The translations under genes were made by a program, and so were the position numbers. The notes under the pieces were generated by a model. It saw only the letters and a list, made by a program, of their open reading frames with translations. It was not told where the DNA came from and ran no database searches. From contig NC_043000.1 in assembly GCF_006345805.1 (NCBI RefSeq), forward strand, positions 32,178,001 to 32,242,000: a stretch of 64,000 nucleotides of DNA, read 5' to 3'. This document shows, one piece after another, positions 38,613-52,519 of the stretch. How positions within the stretch are numbered: the stretch's first letter is position 1; every line of letters begins with the position of its first letter. This DNA is from Octopus sinensis. Taxonomy: Eukaryota.

Positions 38613-41600
38613 CTGAAACAAAAAAAAAATCAAAAAAAGACGTTTTTAACTTATGTGTTTGTTTATTTTTTTTATTTAGAAAATCAATTTTCTGATGGCT
38701 GTCTGTGATTATTTGCACAGGTGTGACGTTGGAGGTTTTAAAATAAGAAAAACGGATACGATGAAAGCCAAGTCATTTCTTTCCCAAGGACATTAACATC
38801 AAACGAGAAATGGGCTTATGACACTATACAGAGACAGGCAAGGCATCAAAACGATTCCAAGTTCAATCCCAGTGGGTGCCATTGGGGTCAAGGGTTTCTA
38901 TCATAGCCCTCATGTTGAACAAAACCTTGGCAGTGAAATTTGGTTGACAAAGTATACAGAAGCCTGTCAACCTCTCTAGCACTGGCACCACAAGAAAATG
39001 CAGCCAGACCACTCTGTAAAGTGGTTGGTGATAGGAAAGGCATCTGGTCATAGGAACTATGCCAAAACAGACATGTAAAAGTCCCAGTTTATGAGAGTAG
39101 GGGCTCTCAAAAGGAACTGACTTGGACTGTAAGTTCTTACTTCAGGATAAAGGAACCTGACTTTTGTGGTTAGAGTGTTAAGCTCACAATCCTAAGATTG
39201 TAGGTTCAATTCCTCGACTGGTAACATGTTGTATCCTTGATGAAGACAATGTTATGATAAGGTAAGATCCATAAGACGTGGTGGTGGTGGCGGGAACGGA
39301 AGAACTAAGTGGTGTAGCCAATAGGATAAAGATAATATGGTGGAATTGTTATGAAGGAGTCGTTTCTGTAGATTTTCCACAAACATAACCAATAACAGAA
39401 AGTGACCTGACTGTGGTTGGATGGTAGGGACAGAAATTGGTCAGGAAAATACATTGTAACCTCCAAGACTGCACAGACTGTTGTGTCAGGAGCAAAAATG
39501 TAGGTGGGAGGGAATAGTGGAAGGATTGGACTGAGTGGTTTGTGAAGTGAGACAGAGCAGAAGAGATGGGTACTTGAGGTTGGCTTAGGAGGTGTTAATT
39601 CTAAGGAACAGAGGTCACTGTAGTAGATATAGAACAGGCAGTGAGAGGACACAGTGTGGGGGGGGGAGATTCTGCTGAGAGATACTTTGTTGGTCATCAG
39701 TCGCATGACCTTCATTAGTAATCAAAATGATGATGATGATGAAACTTGAAAATGAGGAGGATTGCAAATATCAATGAAAGACTGAAAGATCTGGAATGGA
39801 GTTATGGGGGGGGGGGAAGATCACTAATCCACTATCAGTCCATTATGGATAACAGAAGATTACAGAATGGCCAACGAAAGTTGGGAACCAAAGATGTTAA
39901 TAAAAGGTTCAGACTGATCACCATCCTCATTTAGTGACCGTTTTTCCATGCTGAAATGGGATGGATGGTTTGACCAGAGCTGGTAAAGGCCAGGGACAGC
40001 ACCAGGCTCCATTGCCTATTCTGGCTTGGTTTCTACAGCTGGATGCCCTTCCTAACATCAGACACTCTACAGAGTGTATTTGGTGCTTTTTGTATGGCAC
40101 CAGCCAGCGCCAGTGCTTTTTATGTGACATCAACAGACAAAGATAGCATGTGTGTACTATTGATACAGTGAAGAGTTGGGGGGTACTATACTGGGGGAGA
40201 GGAAGGGGAGTAGGCTTAGGAAGTTAGGCAGGCAGACAGACAGACAAGCAGACAGACAGGTGGAGGCAGATAGAGACAGAAGACAGACAGGCAGCCAGAG
40301 AGGCAGACAGACAAGCAGATAGATAGGCAGAGAGGCAGACAGACAGATAGAGAGGCAGATAAAGAGACTGAAAGACTAGCAGATAGGCAGACAGGCAGGC
40401 AGACTGCTATGCATGCCTGTATGAGTTTGCAACATTTGGCCAAGCAATGCAAAATTTCTCATTTCCCGTCATCAATTGGATTGGAAACACGCTATGAACT
40501 GTTTCACACAGCAATGTGTGTATATATATATAGAGAGAGAGAGAGAAAGAGAGAGATGATGATGGACTTTAATACTGATGTTGGATAGATTAAAGAGTTT
40601 ATTCATCAAAAATGAATCCCAATAATAGTAAATTAGTCAAGTAAATTAGTTAATGGTAAATTAGTCTAGTAGCTGAAGCTAATACAGACCCATAAACTTA
40701 CAACTAACTCCTCAGTGCCACATCTCATACACTTGCAACTTACTCCTCAGTGCCACATCTCAACACAACAAAATGATTTCCTAACAGAAATATTTTATTG
40801 CTTTTCATTTATTGTTGTTTGATGCTTATTGATTCTCTAAATGTTTTTTTTTTTTGTCAAAGTAAGCTTTTGCATGTCATCAGAGCAAGTATGTTGTTCA
40901 AGATGAAACAGCCATCCTGTCGTTAATCATTCCATTTTGAAGCGACAAGGATGGGTTTATTTATTTTGCAATTACATAAACTATAAAGCAAAGAGCAAAA
41001 TGTGCTTTTGTTCTGAACACACCTGAAGCTGAAATTATGATCGACGTCGTCGTCGTCGTCGTTTAATATCCATGTTCAATGCTGGCACGGGTTGAATGGT
41101 TTGATGGGCTCGAATGACTCCAGGGGCTGCATTCATCATCATCATCATCATCATCGTTTAATGGCCATTTTCCATGCTGGTATGGGTTGGATGGTTTGAC
41201 TGAGGTCTGGAGAGCCAGTGGCTGCACCAGGCTCCAATCTGATCTGGCAATGTTTCTACAGCCGGTTACCCTTCCTAATGCCAACCACTCCGGGAGTGTA
41301 GTGGATGCTAGTCTACAAACCCCAAGAGAGGCAACTTTATGTTGGGAAATAAGGCATTAAAGTAAAAAAGAAGGGGTGAAAGTAGAACAAGTTTCTTGCT
41401 GTAGAGAGGCTTCATGGCTTCTAAGATTTTGAAAGGAGGATAGGGATGATCAGGGTGAAGAAGGGATGAGGTGTCTGGGTGAACCCTCATGAGACAGGAG
41501 GAGTAGAAATGAATAAGTGGAGACAAAGAGAACTGCAAGTGTAGGTGGGTGGAGGTTAAAAGAGTGAATATGGGAGGGTGAGAGATGGGGAATGGGTGAA

Positions 41601-43828
41601 AGGTGTGAATATAAAGAATGAAGAACAGGCATTTAGTGGATGATGAATAAGGAATGTAGGGAAGAGTAGGTGACAACTGTAAAGATTGAGCTGAGCTGAG
41701 GAGTGGATGTAGTAGTGAATGGTAGATGAGGGGTAGGGGGAACTAATGAGGCACAATTATAAAATAAAGAAACAAAAAAAAAGAGACTGATGATGCTGAT
41801 GGCTATCTGTGTTGGCAACATAAATAATGGAGAGAAGTTGTTGAATTAGGATCAATTTAAGGGTTGTATGAAGAAAGGGAACTTAATCAAAGATGAAGAG
41901 ACAGAAATAAAACACCCAAGTCTTATGCTTGCTGTAGAAACTTACAAAAACCTTACTCTGTAGTTCAACACCGGACATTACAGCTCTACAATTACACAAG
42001 CTTTTCCTTAAATAATCTATATATCTACATCTATATATTTGTTTTGCAAGATTCCTGATATGAAATCATGTGTGTGTGTGTTATATCATCAATATCATTT
42101 AACATCCATTTTCCATGCTGACATGGTTCTGATGGTTTGACTGAAAACTGATAAGCTAGGTCATCATCATCATCGTTTAATGTCCGTTTTCCATGCTAGC
42201 ATGGGTTGGACGGTTCGACCAAAGTCTGAGAAGCCAGGAGGCTGCACCAGGCTCCAGTTTGATCTGGCAGTGTTTCTACAGCTGGATGCTCTTCCTAATG
42301 CCAACCACTCCGTGAGTGTAGTGAATGCTTTTTACGTGCCACCAGCACGGGTGCCAGGGGAGGCTGGCAACAGCCACGATCGGTTGGTGCTTTTTACGTG
42401 CCACCGGCACGGAAGCAAGTCAAGGTGGTGCTGGCATCATAAATATATTTTTGTTAGTGATCCTTACATCAACATAAAGATATAAATTCGCAAACTATCA
42501 TTTACATTCGTGTCCAGTTTCCCCTGAATCTGGTGGACTTGTGTGCATGTCTACATGTTTTACAACTAGCAAAAGATGAAATATGGGCACAAGAAGGTTT
42601 TTATGATTAAACAAGAAATATGAGTGATGGATACTTACATCTAGGCACAGATACTTTGCAAAGAAAGATAAAATTTGCACACAAATGCATTTTTCTGTGC
42701 ACACCTACGGCAAAAATATTTAAAGGAAGGAACATTTTGTCTGACGCCCTGACAGATATACCACACACCTCATTTTATAATTGGCATCCTGAGTTCATTG
42801 AGAGTCCGCTATTATGGTTTTGATCATGATTTTGGAAGGACATCAACTGTTCATCCTTTCATGAGTTGATTCCAGATGAGGATTTGAGAGACAGGTAAAT
42901 TTGCAGGCTTCAAACATCAAAATTTTTATGGGAATGACGATGGTGTTTATTATAGAGGAGACACTTTTTGCAAATTTATACAATTGTATTTATATATGTG
43001 CCTGCCCTGGCACATGTGCCGGTGGCACATAAAAAGCACCATCAGTACGTGGATGATGCTAGCCCCACCTTGACTGGCTTCCGTACCAGTGGCACATAAA
43101 AAGCACCAACCGATCGTGGCCGTTACCAGTCTCCCCTGGCACCTGTACCGGTGGCACGTAAAAAGCACCCACTACACTCACTGAGTGGTTGATGTTAGGA
43201 AGGGCATCCAGCTGTAGAAACACTGCCAGATCAGACTGGAGCCTGGTACAGCCTCCTGGCTTCACAGACCCCAGTCAAACTGTCCAACCCCTGCTGGCAT
43301 GGAAAACGGACGTTAAACGATGATGATGTATTGAATTGGAAAAGGTTTCTTCCTGAAACAGTGAAATAGGAAGTAAACCTGCTGCTGTTATAGTTTCACA
43401 AACCAGGTAAGGCAACCAGAGTTATGTACCTTGTATACAGCTCTCTTCCACGGGCTGAGAGTTAGTTTGAACTCATAAACTTCTTATAATCAGCAAGCCA
43501 ACAATTTAACCTCACAATCCCTGAATCTCTCCATCAAATTACAAAATTTACAATTGACTCATAACACTTCAGTCAATACATTGAATTGTTAATCAAAGCA
43601 ATGTTGCCATCACTAAAATATTACTTTTTTTGTAAAAATACTCAAACGTTGACCATCTTTGCACAACTTTCATATTTCTCCAAATAAAAAAAGTTTGGAG
43701 AATTATACTTTCTATGTTCATTCACATATATATATATTCCCTTCCAGTCATTCAAAATGTGACTGCGTGTGTATCATTGGCAATTTTCTTTCTCCGTCTT
43801 CCCTTCCTTGGATCTTTCCTTTTCCTAT

Positions 43829-43863
43829 GTTTCTGATGAAGAGCTCCGCTCGAAACGTAAAAC
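43829..43863 (+). ncRNA. Minimal type I hammerhead ribozyme in a short (TA)n-tailed repeat (~43770-43975)
   Basis: gttt-CTGATGA-a-gagc-tcc-gctc-GAAAC-GTA-aaac; degenerate paralog at ~56294-56327. Confidence 0.7.
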
Positions 43864-45918
43864 CCTCCTTCTTTCCTTCTTTTCCTGAGCATCCAATAAT
43901 ACTATACTTGTTCCACGTCCTCGCGTTGTTGTGTTTTCTCTTTGTGTTTTCATGTTTGGATTAACTATATATATATATACACACATATACATTCATACAC
44001 AACATACATGCATGAATGAATGCACACACACGTGTGTAGGTTGTATGTGTGTGTGTGTGTGTGCATATATATATATATATATATATAATATATATATATA
44101 TCATCATCATCATCGTTGACATCATTTAACATGTCTGTTCCATGTTAGCATAGATAGAGAGTCTGAGAGTGGATCCAATAGGTCTGAGGGCTACATCCTG
44201 CTTACCATCAGCTTTGGAATGGTTTCTATGGATGGATGCCCCTCCAAAAGCCGGCCACTTTCATTACAGAGTGGACTGGGTGCTTTTCATCTTTTATATG
44301 ATGCCAGCACTAGTGAGGTCAGCATGCAACTTGCAAGACTAAGATCCCATTTGACTGAATGGGTTCACAGCAGAGAAGGGTGGGGTGGATTTATGCTGGA
44401 ACAGAAGAGTTAAATTATGGAATGAGAGGCCAAACCGAAACAGGTTTCTTGCTGTATAGAACAGAGGGAGAGAGTGAGTGGGGTGGAGCTGGAACGAGGT
44501 GAAATAGCAGTGATGAGGTGTCAGAGTGGGCAGTGAAGGTGTGAGGTGAGTAAAAGTGAATGGGGAGAGAAGAGGGGGAGTTGGTGGAAAGAGGGTGGTT
44601 GTAAGAGTGAATGGGAGGGAGTATGTGTATGTGTGTGTGTGTGTGTATACACACACACATGCACACGCATGCACGCGTGCACACACACACACACACACAC
44701 ATTTAATTGCTCTCATCTCATCTCATCTCATCTTATTCTCTAACTCGTTCCCCTTTCCCTTCCAACCAGAGTCCCCATGTATCTGCAGCAAGACACCGGT
44801 CTCTGTCCTTCTGCATCTTTAATCTCTCGAAGCAACCCCACCCTGCCAAACTTCCCCCCACTTCCAGTTGAGGGGCTGTTTGCCTTTTTTCTTGCAAACT
44901 ACTTGGTGACTCTCTGTCGGTGCTGGTGCCACATAAAAAAGCTCCCTTTCTACACTCTGTAAAGTGGTTGGCATTAAGAAGGGCAACTAGCCATAGAAAC
45001 CATGCCAAAACTGACAATTGAAGCCTGGTGCAGCTCCCAGTCTTGCCAGCACCTGTCAAACCATCCAACCCATGCCAGCATAGAAAACAGGGCATAAATG
45101 ACAATAATGAATGGTGATGATGATGTGTGTGTGTCTGAGTGTGTGCATTTGTGTGTGTGTGCATGTGTGAGAAAGAGAGAGTTTACACTATACTTTCATG
45201 ATCTATTTTAAAACAAACCAAGAATATATTCTTTAGATTTAATCAAACAAGTTTAGAATGGGTTTGGTAGGGTTAAGTAAAGGAATATTTCATGGACACG
45301 GCAAACATATCATTAAATTATCTCGTTAACACTTTAGATAAGCTAATCAATGTTAAAAGACTATCTGACTTGCTACATAAAAATCATTAAAAAATTAATA
45401 TTTTAAAATCAAATTTTGATACTTTTTTTTTTTAAATGGCCAATCAGAATGACTTATTGAGAACTTCTGTATCTCTGCAAACTGGCGCCCAATCATATGT
45501 TGATGTCTGTTTACTTAAAGAGTTAACAACTTCAATGGACCTTTAACATGTGAGTCAGAAGAGGAGTGAACACAACACCATGCAATGTCACAACAATCTA
45601 TTAAGAAGATTTTACAAAGAATCTCCTCCAACGCCAGTTGCCAATCGGTGGTGGAGGACAAAGACAGACACACAGACAGACAAATGTTTATACAATGGGC
45701 TTCTTTCAGCTTCCATCTATCGAATCCAGTCACAAGGCTTTGGTTGTCCCAAAAGCTATAGTGAAGACACTTGCTCAAGATGTCACATGGTGGAACTGAA
45801 CCCAGGACCATGTGGTTGAAACTAAGAAAGAGTGTCTGAAAATCCCTAAGCCCAGATTTAATAAGTCTCAATGACATTTATGAAATGAAGGATAAGTAAA
45901 AAAAGAAAATCACTTCAC

Positions 45919-45973
45919 CTTTTCACTGCTGACTGACTTGAGGGAAGTGTCAGAGCCTTTCCTCTCCAGCCGA
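45919..45973 (-). CDS. SNX14: SNX14 internal exon (C-RLERKGSDTSLKSVSSEK)
   Basis: Acceptor ctcttctattttcAG, donor GTgaag; 55 bp, phase 2 to 0, exactly bridging the flanking exons; poorly conserved linker. Confidence 0.78.
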
Positions 45974-46736
45974 CTGAAAATAGAAGAGAGAGGAATACAG
46001 AGAGAGAAAGCAATAAACAGGAATTACTGGTACATAGTGTTGATGTGCAGAGGGGGTGTTGGCATGACTTACTAATAACTGAGAATTCCTCATCAGCATC
46101 CTCATCATTATTCAACACCCATCTTTGGTGCTGACATCAGCTGTATGGCTTGCGTAGGCTGGACAGCTACTCCTGGCTCCAATTGTCTGTTTTGACACAG
46201 TTTCTATGGCCGGATGTCCTTCCTAATGCCAACCACTTTGAGGAGTGTGCGGGGTGTTGTTTTACATGGCATCAGCACCAGTGGGGATTACAAAACAGAG
46301 AGCTTTCAGGTGAGAGGAGGGAGTGGAAGTGAAGGAGGTGGCTGTGTGCCAAGTGTAAGGTTAGAATATAATAGAGGGGAGTGAAAGAATTGTTTGGAGG
46401 TACCTAATACACACACACATAAAATAGCCATTATGTTATTGAAACATTAGAAAGAAAGAAAGAAAGAAAATAAAGAAGGAAAGAAAGAAAGAGAAAAAAG
46501 AGAAAGAAAGAAAGAAAGAAAGAGAGAAAGAGAAAGAAAGAAAACCAATATAATAAAAACAAAACCCTATTCAGGATTATAAGAAAAAATAGAACAAAAT
46601 TTTACTTCTGAAAATCTTTTTTTAAAAAAATGAAACTGGTCAAGTTAATAAACATCTTTAAAAAACCTCTGCATTTTCAAATCCTTTTTCCTATATATTT
46701 TCACTCATGCACTACCTTCCAATTTAACTTTGTTTT

Positions 46737-46797
<61 letters not shown>

Positions 46798-46919
46798 TAT
46801 ATATATATAAGCCTCTTATTGTATTTCTATGTGAATAATATACAGTCCAATGACTAATTCGTTTTTGTGCTAGGCCACTGATAATAATAATTTCTTATTA
46901 CCCTGTTATTGTTTGTTAT

Positions 46920-46963
<44 letters not shown>

Positions 46964-47095
46964 CATACACATATATATACATATATATACATACACATAT
47001 ATATACACATATATATATATACATACACATATATATACATATATATATATATATATTATACACACACATATATATACACATATATATATACACAT

Positions 47096-47126
<31 letters not shown>

Positions 47127-47337
47127 CATATATATACACATATATATATACACATATATATACATATATATATATATATACACACACATATATATATACA
47201 TACATATATATATATATATACACACACACATATATATATACATACATATATATATATATACATACACATATATATATACATACACACACACATATATATA
47301 TACACACACACATACACACACATATATATATATATAC
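46920..47337. repeat. Compound (TA)n/(CA)n microsatellite
   Basis: Directly visible. Confidence 0.95.
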
Positions 47338-47655
47338 AAACTTGACTTTGTCAGTCATAAATGACCATAGGTGTACCTAAGAGGTTCTCCGCCTGGGTAC
47401 AAGTTTGGGCGGAAAATCCCCTCACCAGCAAACACACAACCTAGGGTTATCCAAGGGAAAGGCAAAGGCTGATACAGCTTGGCACCAGTGATGTCACAAC
47501 TCATTTCTACAGCTGAGTGAACTGGAGCAACATGAGATAAAGGGTCTTGCTCAAGGACACAACATGCAGCCCAGTCCGGGAATCGAACTCACAACCCCAC
47601 GATCGTAAGTTTGACGCTCTAACCACTGAGCCATATGCCTTCACATATATGTATG

Positions 47656-47720
<65 letters not shown>

Positions 47721-48450
47721 GTATGTAATAATATGTTTCATATTAATTGGCGTATCTCCGAAACGGCCCGTAGATGAACATTTTTGTATTTTTGTAATTT
47801 TGTATATTTATCTTTTCTGTATTTTCTCTGGAATTTTAATACGTCATTTTAATGTCATTGTATGTTTTATTACCCCAAATTTTTAATTTAACAAATTTTT
47901 ACCAAATGTTTTATGATTTTAAGCATAACATTGATTCTTATATATTTATATATTTATATGATGTTTATATATTTATATATTATTATATTTTTAAACATCA
48001 GACTTTATATCTGTTCTGTAGATATATATGAATATATGTATGTGTTTGATCTTTCTGTGGATGTTGTAATGTTCCTTTAGTTGCAGCTCACATTGCCTCC
48101 CCTCAGATTAATAAGTGAATACAGCTCATTTGAGCACTACAATTCCAGTCTGTTATATATTTTGAGTGTTGTTGTCACTAGCAATCTCAAGATATAACTT
48201 TGTGTTTTGTAATTTATATATATATATATATATATATAATTTGTGAAATAGAAAGATGAATAATCTTGTAGTAGATTAATCAAAAGTTTAACCGATACCT
48301 TAGTAGCAAAAATCACAGCAGTGAACAGCACGGTTGGAGGTACAACCATCTGGCGTTGCAACCGTGCGTTGGTGCGGATAATTGAAATTAAAACATTATT
48401 GGTGAATTGAAGAAATGAGCTGAACGCAGATTGAACAGAAATCGTTTTAT

Positions 48451-48535
48451 TTCATTCTACACGTGTTTCGAAAGGCACAAATTACCAAAATCCGATTGAA
48501 TAATGGGACCATATTGTGTCTTTCTTCAGGAAGAA
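48451..48535 (-). ncRNA. Type I hammerhead ribozyme (left arm copy, 2 nt shorter after the core)
   Basis: Reverse complement: ttcttc-CTGAAGA-aagacac...gtgcctttc-GAAAC-acgt-GTA-gaatgaa. Confidence 0.75.
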
Positions 48536-51500
48536 AAAAGGAAATCCGTTGGAAAAACAAAAACAGAACAGAGGCAGAGCAAAAAACAAATCGAACTGTG
48601 CTCCTAAGAGCCCATGGCGAAACTGTTTATCAGTGTATGTTGAGAACCGGTGGCTGAAGAATTCAACAGGTCAGGCATCGGTCAACCATGTGGGTGAGGG
48701 TGTATAGATGTTCTTTGTGACCGATAATAAAGTTCTGACTATTTAAAGAATATTGGATGTTTTATAAGGGGCGAGAAAAAATCTACTTAGAGACGGTGTG
48801 TGTGTGTAACTGTTCTATATATGTGTGTGTTGGCGTAGGGGTAGAAAACATTTTTTTGTACGACGTGGTGTGCGTTTGATCGTTCGGCTGTCAGTGGCTA
48901 CTGCCGTGATAACCGTTGGGTGGCAGAAAGAAAAAAAATAAAGAAATTATCTATATATATATGTTTTATTGTGTGTGTGTTGTGTGTTCATCCAAGCCTG
49001 CCTTGACAAGGAAACCCCCGCTGTGAAAGAACAAGCCCCGTTTGTCCTACAGGAGTAATTCCCTTGCAGTGGTTAATTGTAGATATCTTAAAATCTATTT
49101 CAGAATTTGTTACCAAGGGCTATGGTGGCCGGTCTTGTTTATAAACGCTATTTAAAGGCCAGATAAGTGTAACGCCGCCAATGGGGGCATCGAAAAGCCG
49201 ACTGTAAGAGCCCGTTTACCATCCGGCCTCTGGCAAACAAAATATGGAAGAGTTCGGAGACACAAAGGTTGCACTGTCTTCTGCCCCTATCAAATGGGAG
49301 GGCCACCGACAAAATTGACCATTCCAGCCTATAGCTTAAGTTCGCATCCTTCAGTCGCCATATTAGCTTACTGAGTCCCGTGGTCCTGGCGCTTGTTCAC
49401 GTCCCGAAAAGTTGCGTAATGGTTGGAGACACGCAAAGACAATCTTGAGGATGATGCCCCTATATAAGTGAAGGCATCTGAGTCCGTGTAAACCTTGCAT
49501 TGGTAGACGGCGTTTTTGATCTTGGAGTTCGCCGACGTGAATCTTACTCTGCTAGGATTGGTTTCTGAAATTAGAACTGCGTTCCTGTCACTATATTCGT
49601 TCCGAGACCTGCAGCCGCTTACTACTCTATTTTCCACTACGTCACTATTAACTATAGGAATAACCCCTGATTTTCCACTATCTATCAGAGTGCTGTCATT
49701 GCTACTGCCCCGGGTACTGCTATTGCGGAAATGATGCTGGGGATGCTAAAGGGGCTCTCTACCCTACTCCCATTGTTACCATCAACCACAACACCCCTAT
49801 TTATAACTAACCCCTCGTGGGTACCCCTGGCTGGAGCTGAGATTATGTGTCACTGTACTGGCTCTCATATCATTATTACTACTATAATTATTCCTACTGA
49901 GCATTAAACCGGGAGCGGAAGAGGCTGTGCCTCCGGAAAAAGGTGATAGGGTCTTAGTAAGTAGCCTATTATTATGGGAGGCGATTATCTGGGCGAGGTT
50001 TTTAGTGTTGGAGAAAGCTATCCTAACTTTATGTGAGTTAACCGTGGAGTAATATTTGGAATTTCTGGGGAAGTTATTGGCGATGGCTTGTCTAAACATG
50101 AGGGGGAGGTTAGTTCTAATCTGCTTACCAAAGGGGATTACAAACCATATGGCTTATTCCTATCAGTGTGATGGGTCGGGACGCAGCTCTCGCATTTGGG
50201 TGGGTGATTCTCGGATGAATAACGGGTCTTGGGTTAGTGTAAGACCTCCCGGACCGATAATTATCCTTGTTCGCTAAATTAAATGCGGGAGCGACTACCC
50301 CGGTATCCGCCGCGCTCCCGTCCTTACTTAAAATGTTAATTTATTATATACGGCCCTATCCTGATGACCGAATGATGGCATCGGAAGGGCCGGATCAATA
50401 TAAATTCCTTCTGCTATAACCGGCCTTGGATATGCGGCGTTATAAAAATCCGCTTTCTGCATAAAAATATCGGCACTGGCGGACAGGCCAGACACTCTTA
50501 GAGAGATGTTTTTTACCAAATTGTCTGTTACGGTTTTGGCATGATTTGAGAAGACACTGACATACTTCAAATTAGTGGAAGGCTTATGGTAAGGGCAGTA
50601 GAGTCGCTATTAAGGTTAAGTGTAACGTCTAGGAAATTAGCCTTGGTGAGTTCGTTATCAAAAACTATACTCATGCCCATTCTATTAAAAAACCTAGCTA
50701 ACCTGCTCTTAGTTTTCTCTGCACTATTCTGTTCGTGGTGTTTTGCAGGTAAAACAGACAATCGTCACGATACAGGCCGCCCGCGATCTCCGGGAATTGA
50801 TCGGACAATTCGTAGAGATATATATTCCGACCAAATGGCTATCTGCGCACTATCCGAACTACCCATAGGCACATCAAATCATTGGGAGTATCCTTACGGA
50901 TCCACAGCTTATTATCAAACTTATAAACGATTTCCTGGCAACTAAATGATATCTATCTCTTCTCTGGTGAGGCCTGCCTTGTTGTGAGCATGCCAGAGGG
51001 CCTTATTTAGCACACTAGGGTTAATCGAGGGGTAGAAGCTGGCGATATCAAACTGAATGAACCTAGTACGGTTCTTATTGGGGATGGAAGAGAACCACTT
51101 CACTACCTGCGAGGAGTTGGCCCAGAGGCTGAGCTTCAGCTTGTTTACTAAACTAGGGATATATTTATGTCTCCGAACTCTTTGTGTCTCCGAACTCTTC
51201 CATATTTTGTTTGCCAGAGGCCGGATGGTAAACGGGCTCTTACAGTCGGCTTTTCGATGCCCCCATTGGCGGCGTTACACTTATCTGGCCTTTAATAGCG
51301 TTTATAAACAGACCGGCACCCATAGCCCTTGGTACAAATTCTGAAATAGATTTTAAGATATCTACAATTAACCACTGCAAGGGAATTACTCCTGTAGGAC
51401 AAACGGGGCTTGTTCTTTCACAGCGGGGGGTTTCCTTGTCAAGGCAGGCTTGGATGAACACACACACACACATAAAACATAATATATATATATAATTCTT

Positions 51501-51901
51501 TATTTTTTTTCTTTCTGCCACCCAACGGTTATCACGGCAGTAGCCACTGACAGCCGAACGATCAAACGCACACACGTACACAAAAAATGTTTTCTACCCC
51601 TACGCCAACACAACATATATAGAACAGTATACACACACACACGTCTCTAAGTAGATTTTTTCTCGCCCCTTATAAAACATCCAATATTCTTTAAATAGTC
51701 AGAACTTTATTATCGGTCACAAAGAACATCTATACACCCTCACCCACATGGTTGACCGATGCCTGACCTGTTGAATTCTTCAGCCACCGGTTCTCAACAT
51801 ACACTGATAAACAGTTTCGCCATGGGCTCTTAGGAGCACAGTTCGATTTGTTTTTTGCTCTGCCTCTGTTCTGTTTTTGTTTTTCCAACGGATTTCCTTT
51901 T

Positions 51902-51986
51902 TTCTTCCTGAAGAGAAAGACACATATGGTCCCATTATTCAATCGGATTTTGGTAATTGTGCCTTTCGAAACACGTGTAGAATGAA
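51902..51986 (+). ncRNA. Type I hammerhead ribozyme (right arm copy), intact core
   Basis: ttcttc-CTGAAGA-gaaag...ctttc-GAAAC-acgt-GTA-gaatgaa; predicted cleavage after 51979. Confidence 0.85.
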
Positions 51987-52310
51987 ATAAAACGATTTCT
52001 GTTCAATCTGCGTTCAGCTCCATTTCTTCAATTCACCAATAATGTTTTATATATATATATATATATATGGAGAGAGAGAGAGAGAGAGTTATATACATGT
52101 ATATGTGTGTGTACATGTATGTGTGTAGGTGTTTGTGCTGAAAATGTATGTGTGTATTTACAACGATATGTCTATTGTATCAATATAAGTGTACGTTTGT
52201 GTGTGTGTGTATATATAAATATAGATGTATTGTGTGTATGTGTGTGTAGGCATATATACATAAATATCAGTGTGCATGTGTCTATGTAGGAATAGATACT
52301 ATAGTAAAAA

Positions 52311-52392
52311 ATCCTGAAGAAGCTGCAGCAGTGTTGTAATAGGATTGCAATTGTAACGGTCACTAATTGGTGCAGTTGAAACATGTGTAGGT
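52311..52392 (+). ncRNA. Type I hammerhead ribozyme in a solo PLE-like end
   Basis: atc-CTGAAGA-agctgca...tgcagtt-GAAAC-atgt-GTA-ggt. Confidence 0.75.
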
Positions 52393-52471
52393 CGATGTAA
52401 AGCTGTTTATGGAGTGCAAGTGGTTAATTGGCAAATATATGACCATCCCCAAATATAACTATATGTATATG

Positions 52472-52511
<40 letters not shown>

Positions 52512-52519
<8 letters not shown>

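Larger units (their letters stand above)
48240..52049 (-). mobile_element. Penelope-like retroelement (RT + C-terminal GIY-YIG), 5'-truncated, with ~870-bp inverted pseudo-LTRs
   Basis: Minus strand: FIQFDIASFYPSINP, FDVPMGSSDSAQIA, GLYRDDCL, NFLDVTLNL, SNH, NAVYQCKV..YIGASS..RVSNH, LEWSIL..CNLCVSE..CPH; arms 48389-49267 and 51180-52049; (TA)n at both ends; frameshifted. Confidence 0.92.

Noticed and set aside
46854-47380. Long ORFs rich in Y/I/H/T/C/V (also 3482-3821, 10287-11104, 12834-13285, 57330-58263)
   Set aside because: Translations of (TA)n/(CA)n/(TACA)n microsatellites, which lack stops in some frames
48389-52049. DNA transposon with long TIRs, or a pure assembly fold-back artefact
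   Set aside because: Interior encodes RT + GIY-YIG, arms duplicate the ORF 3' end, outer flanks differ, and the same asymmetric architecture recurs elsewhere in the window; read-level confirmation is still advisable
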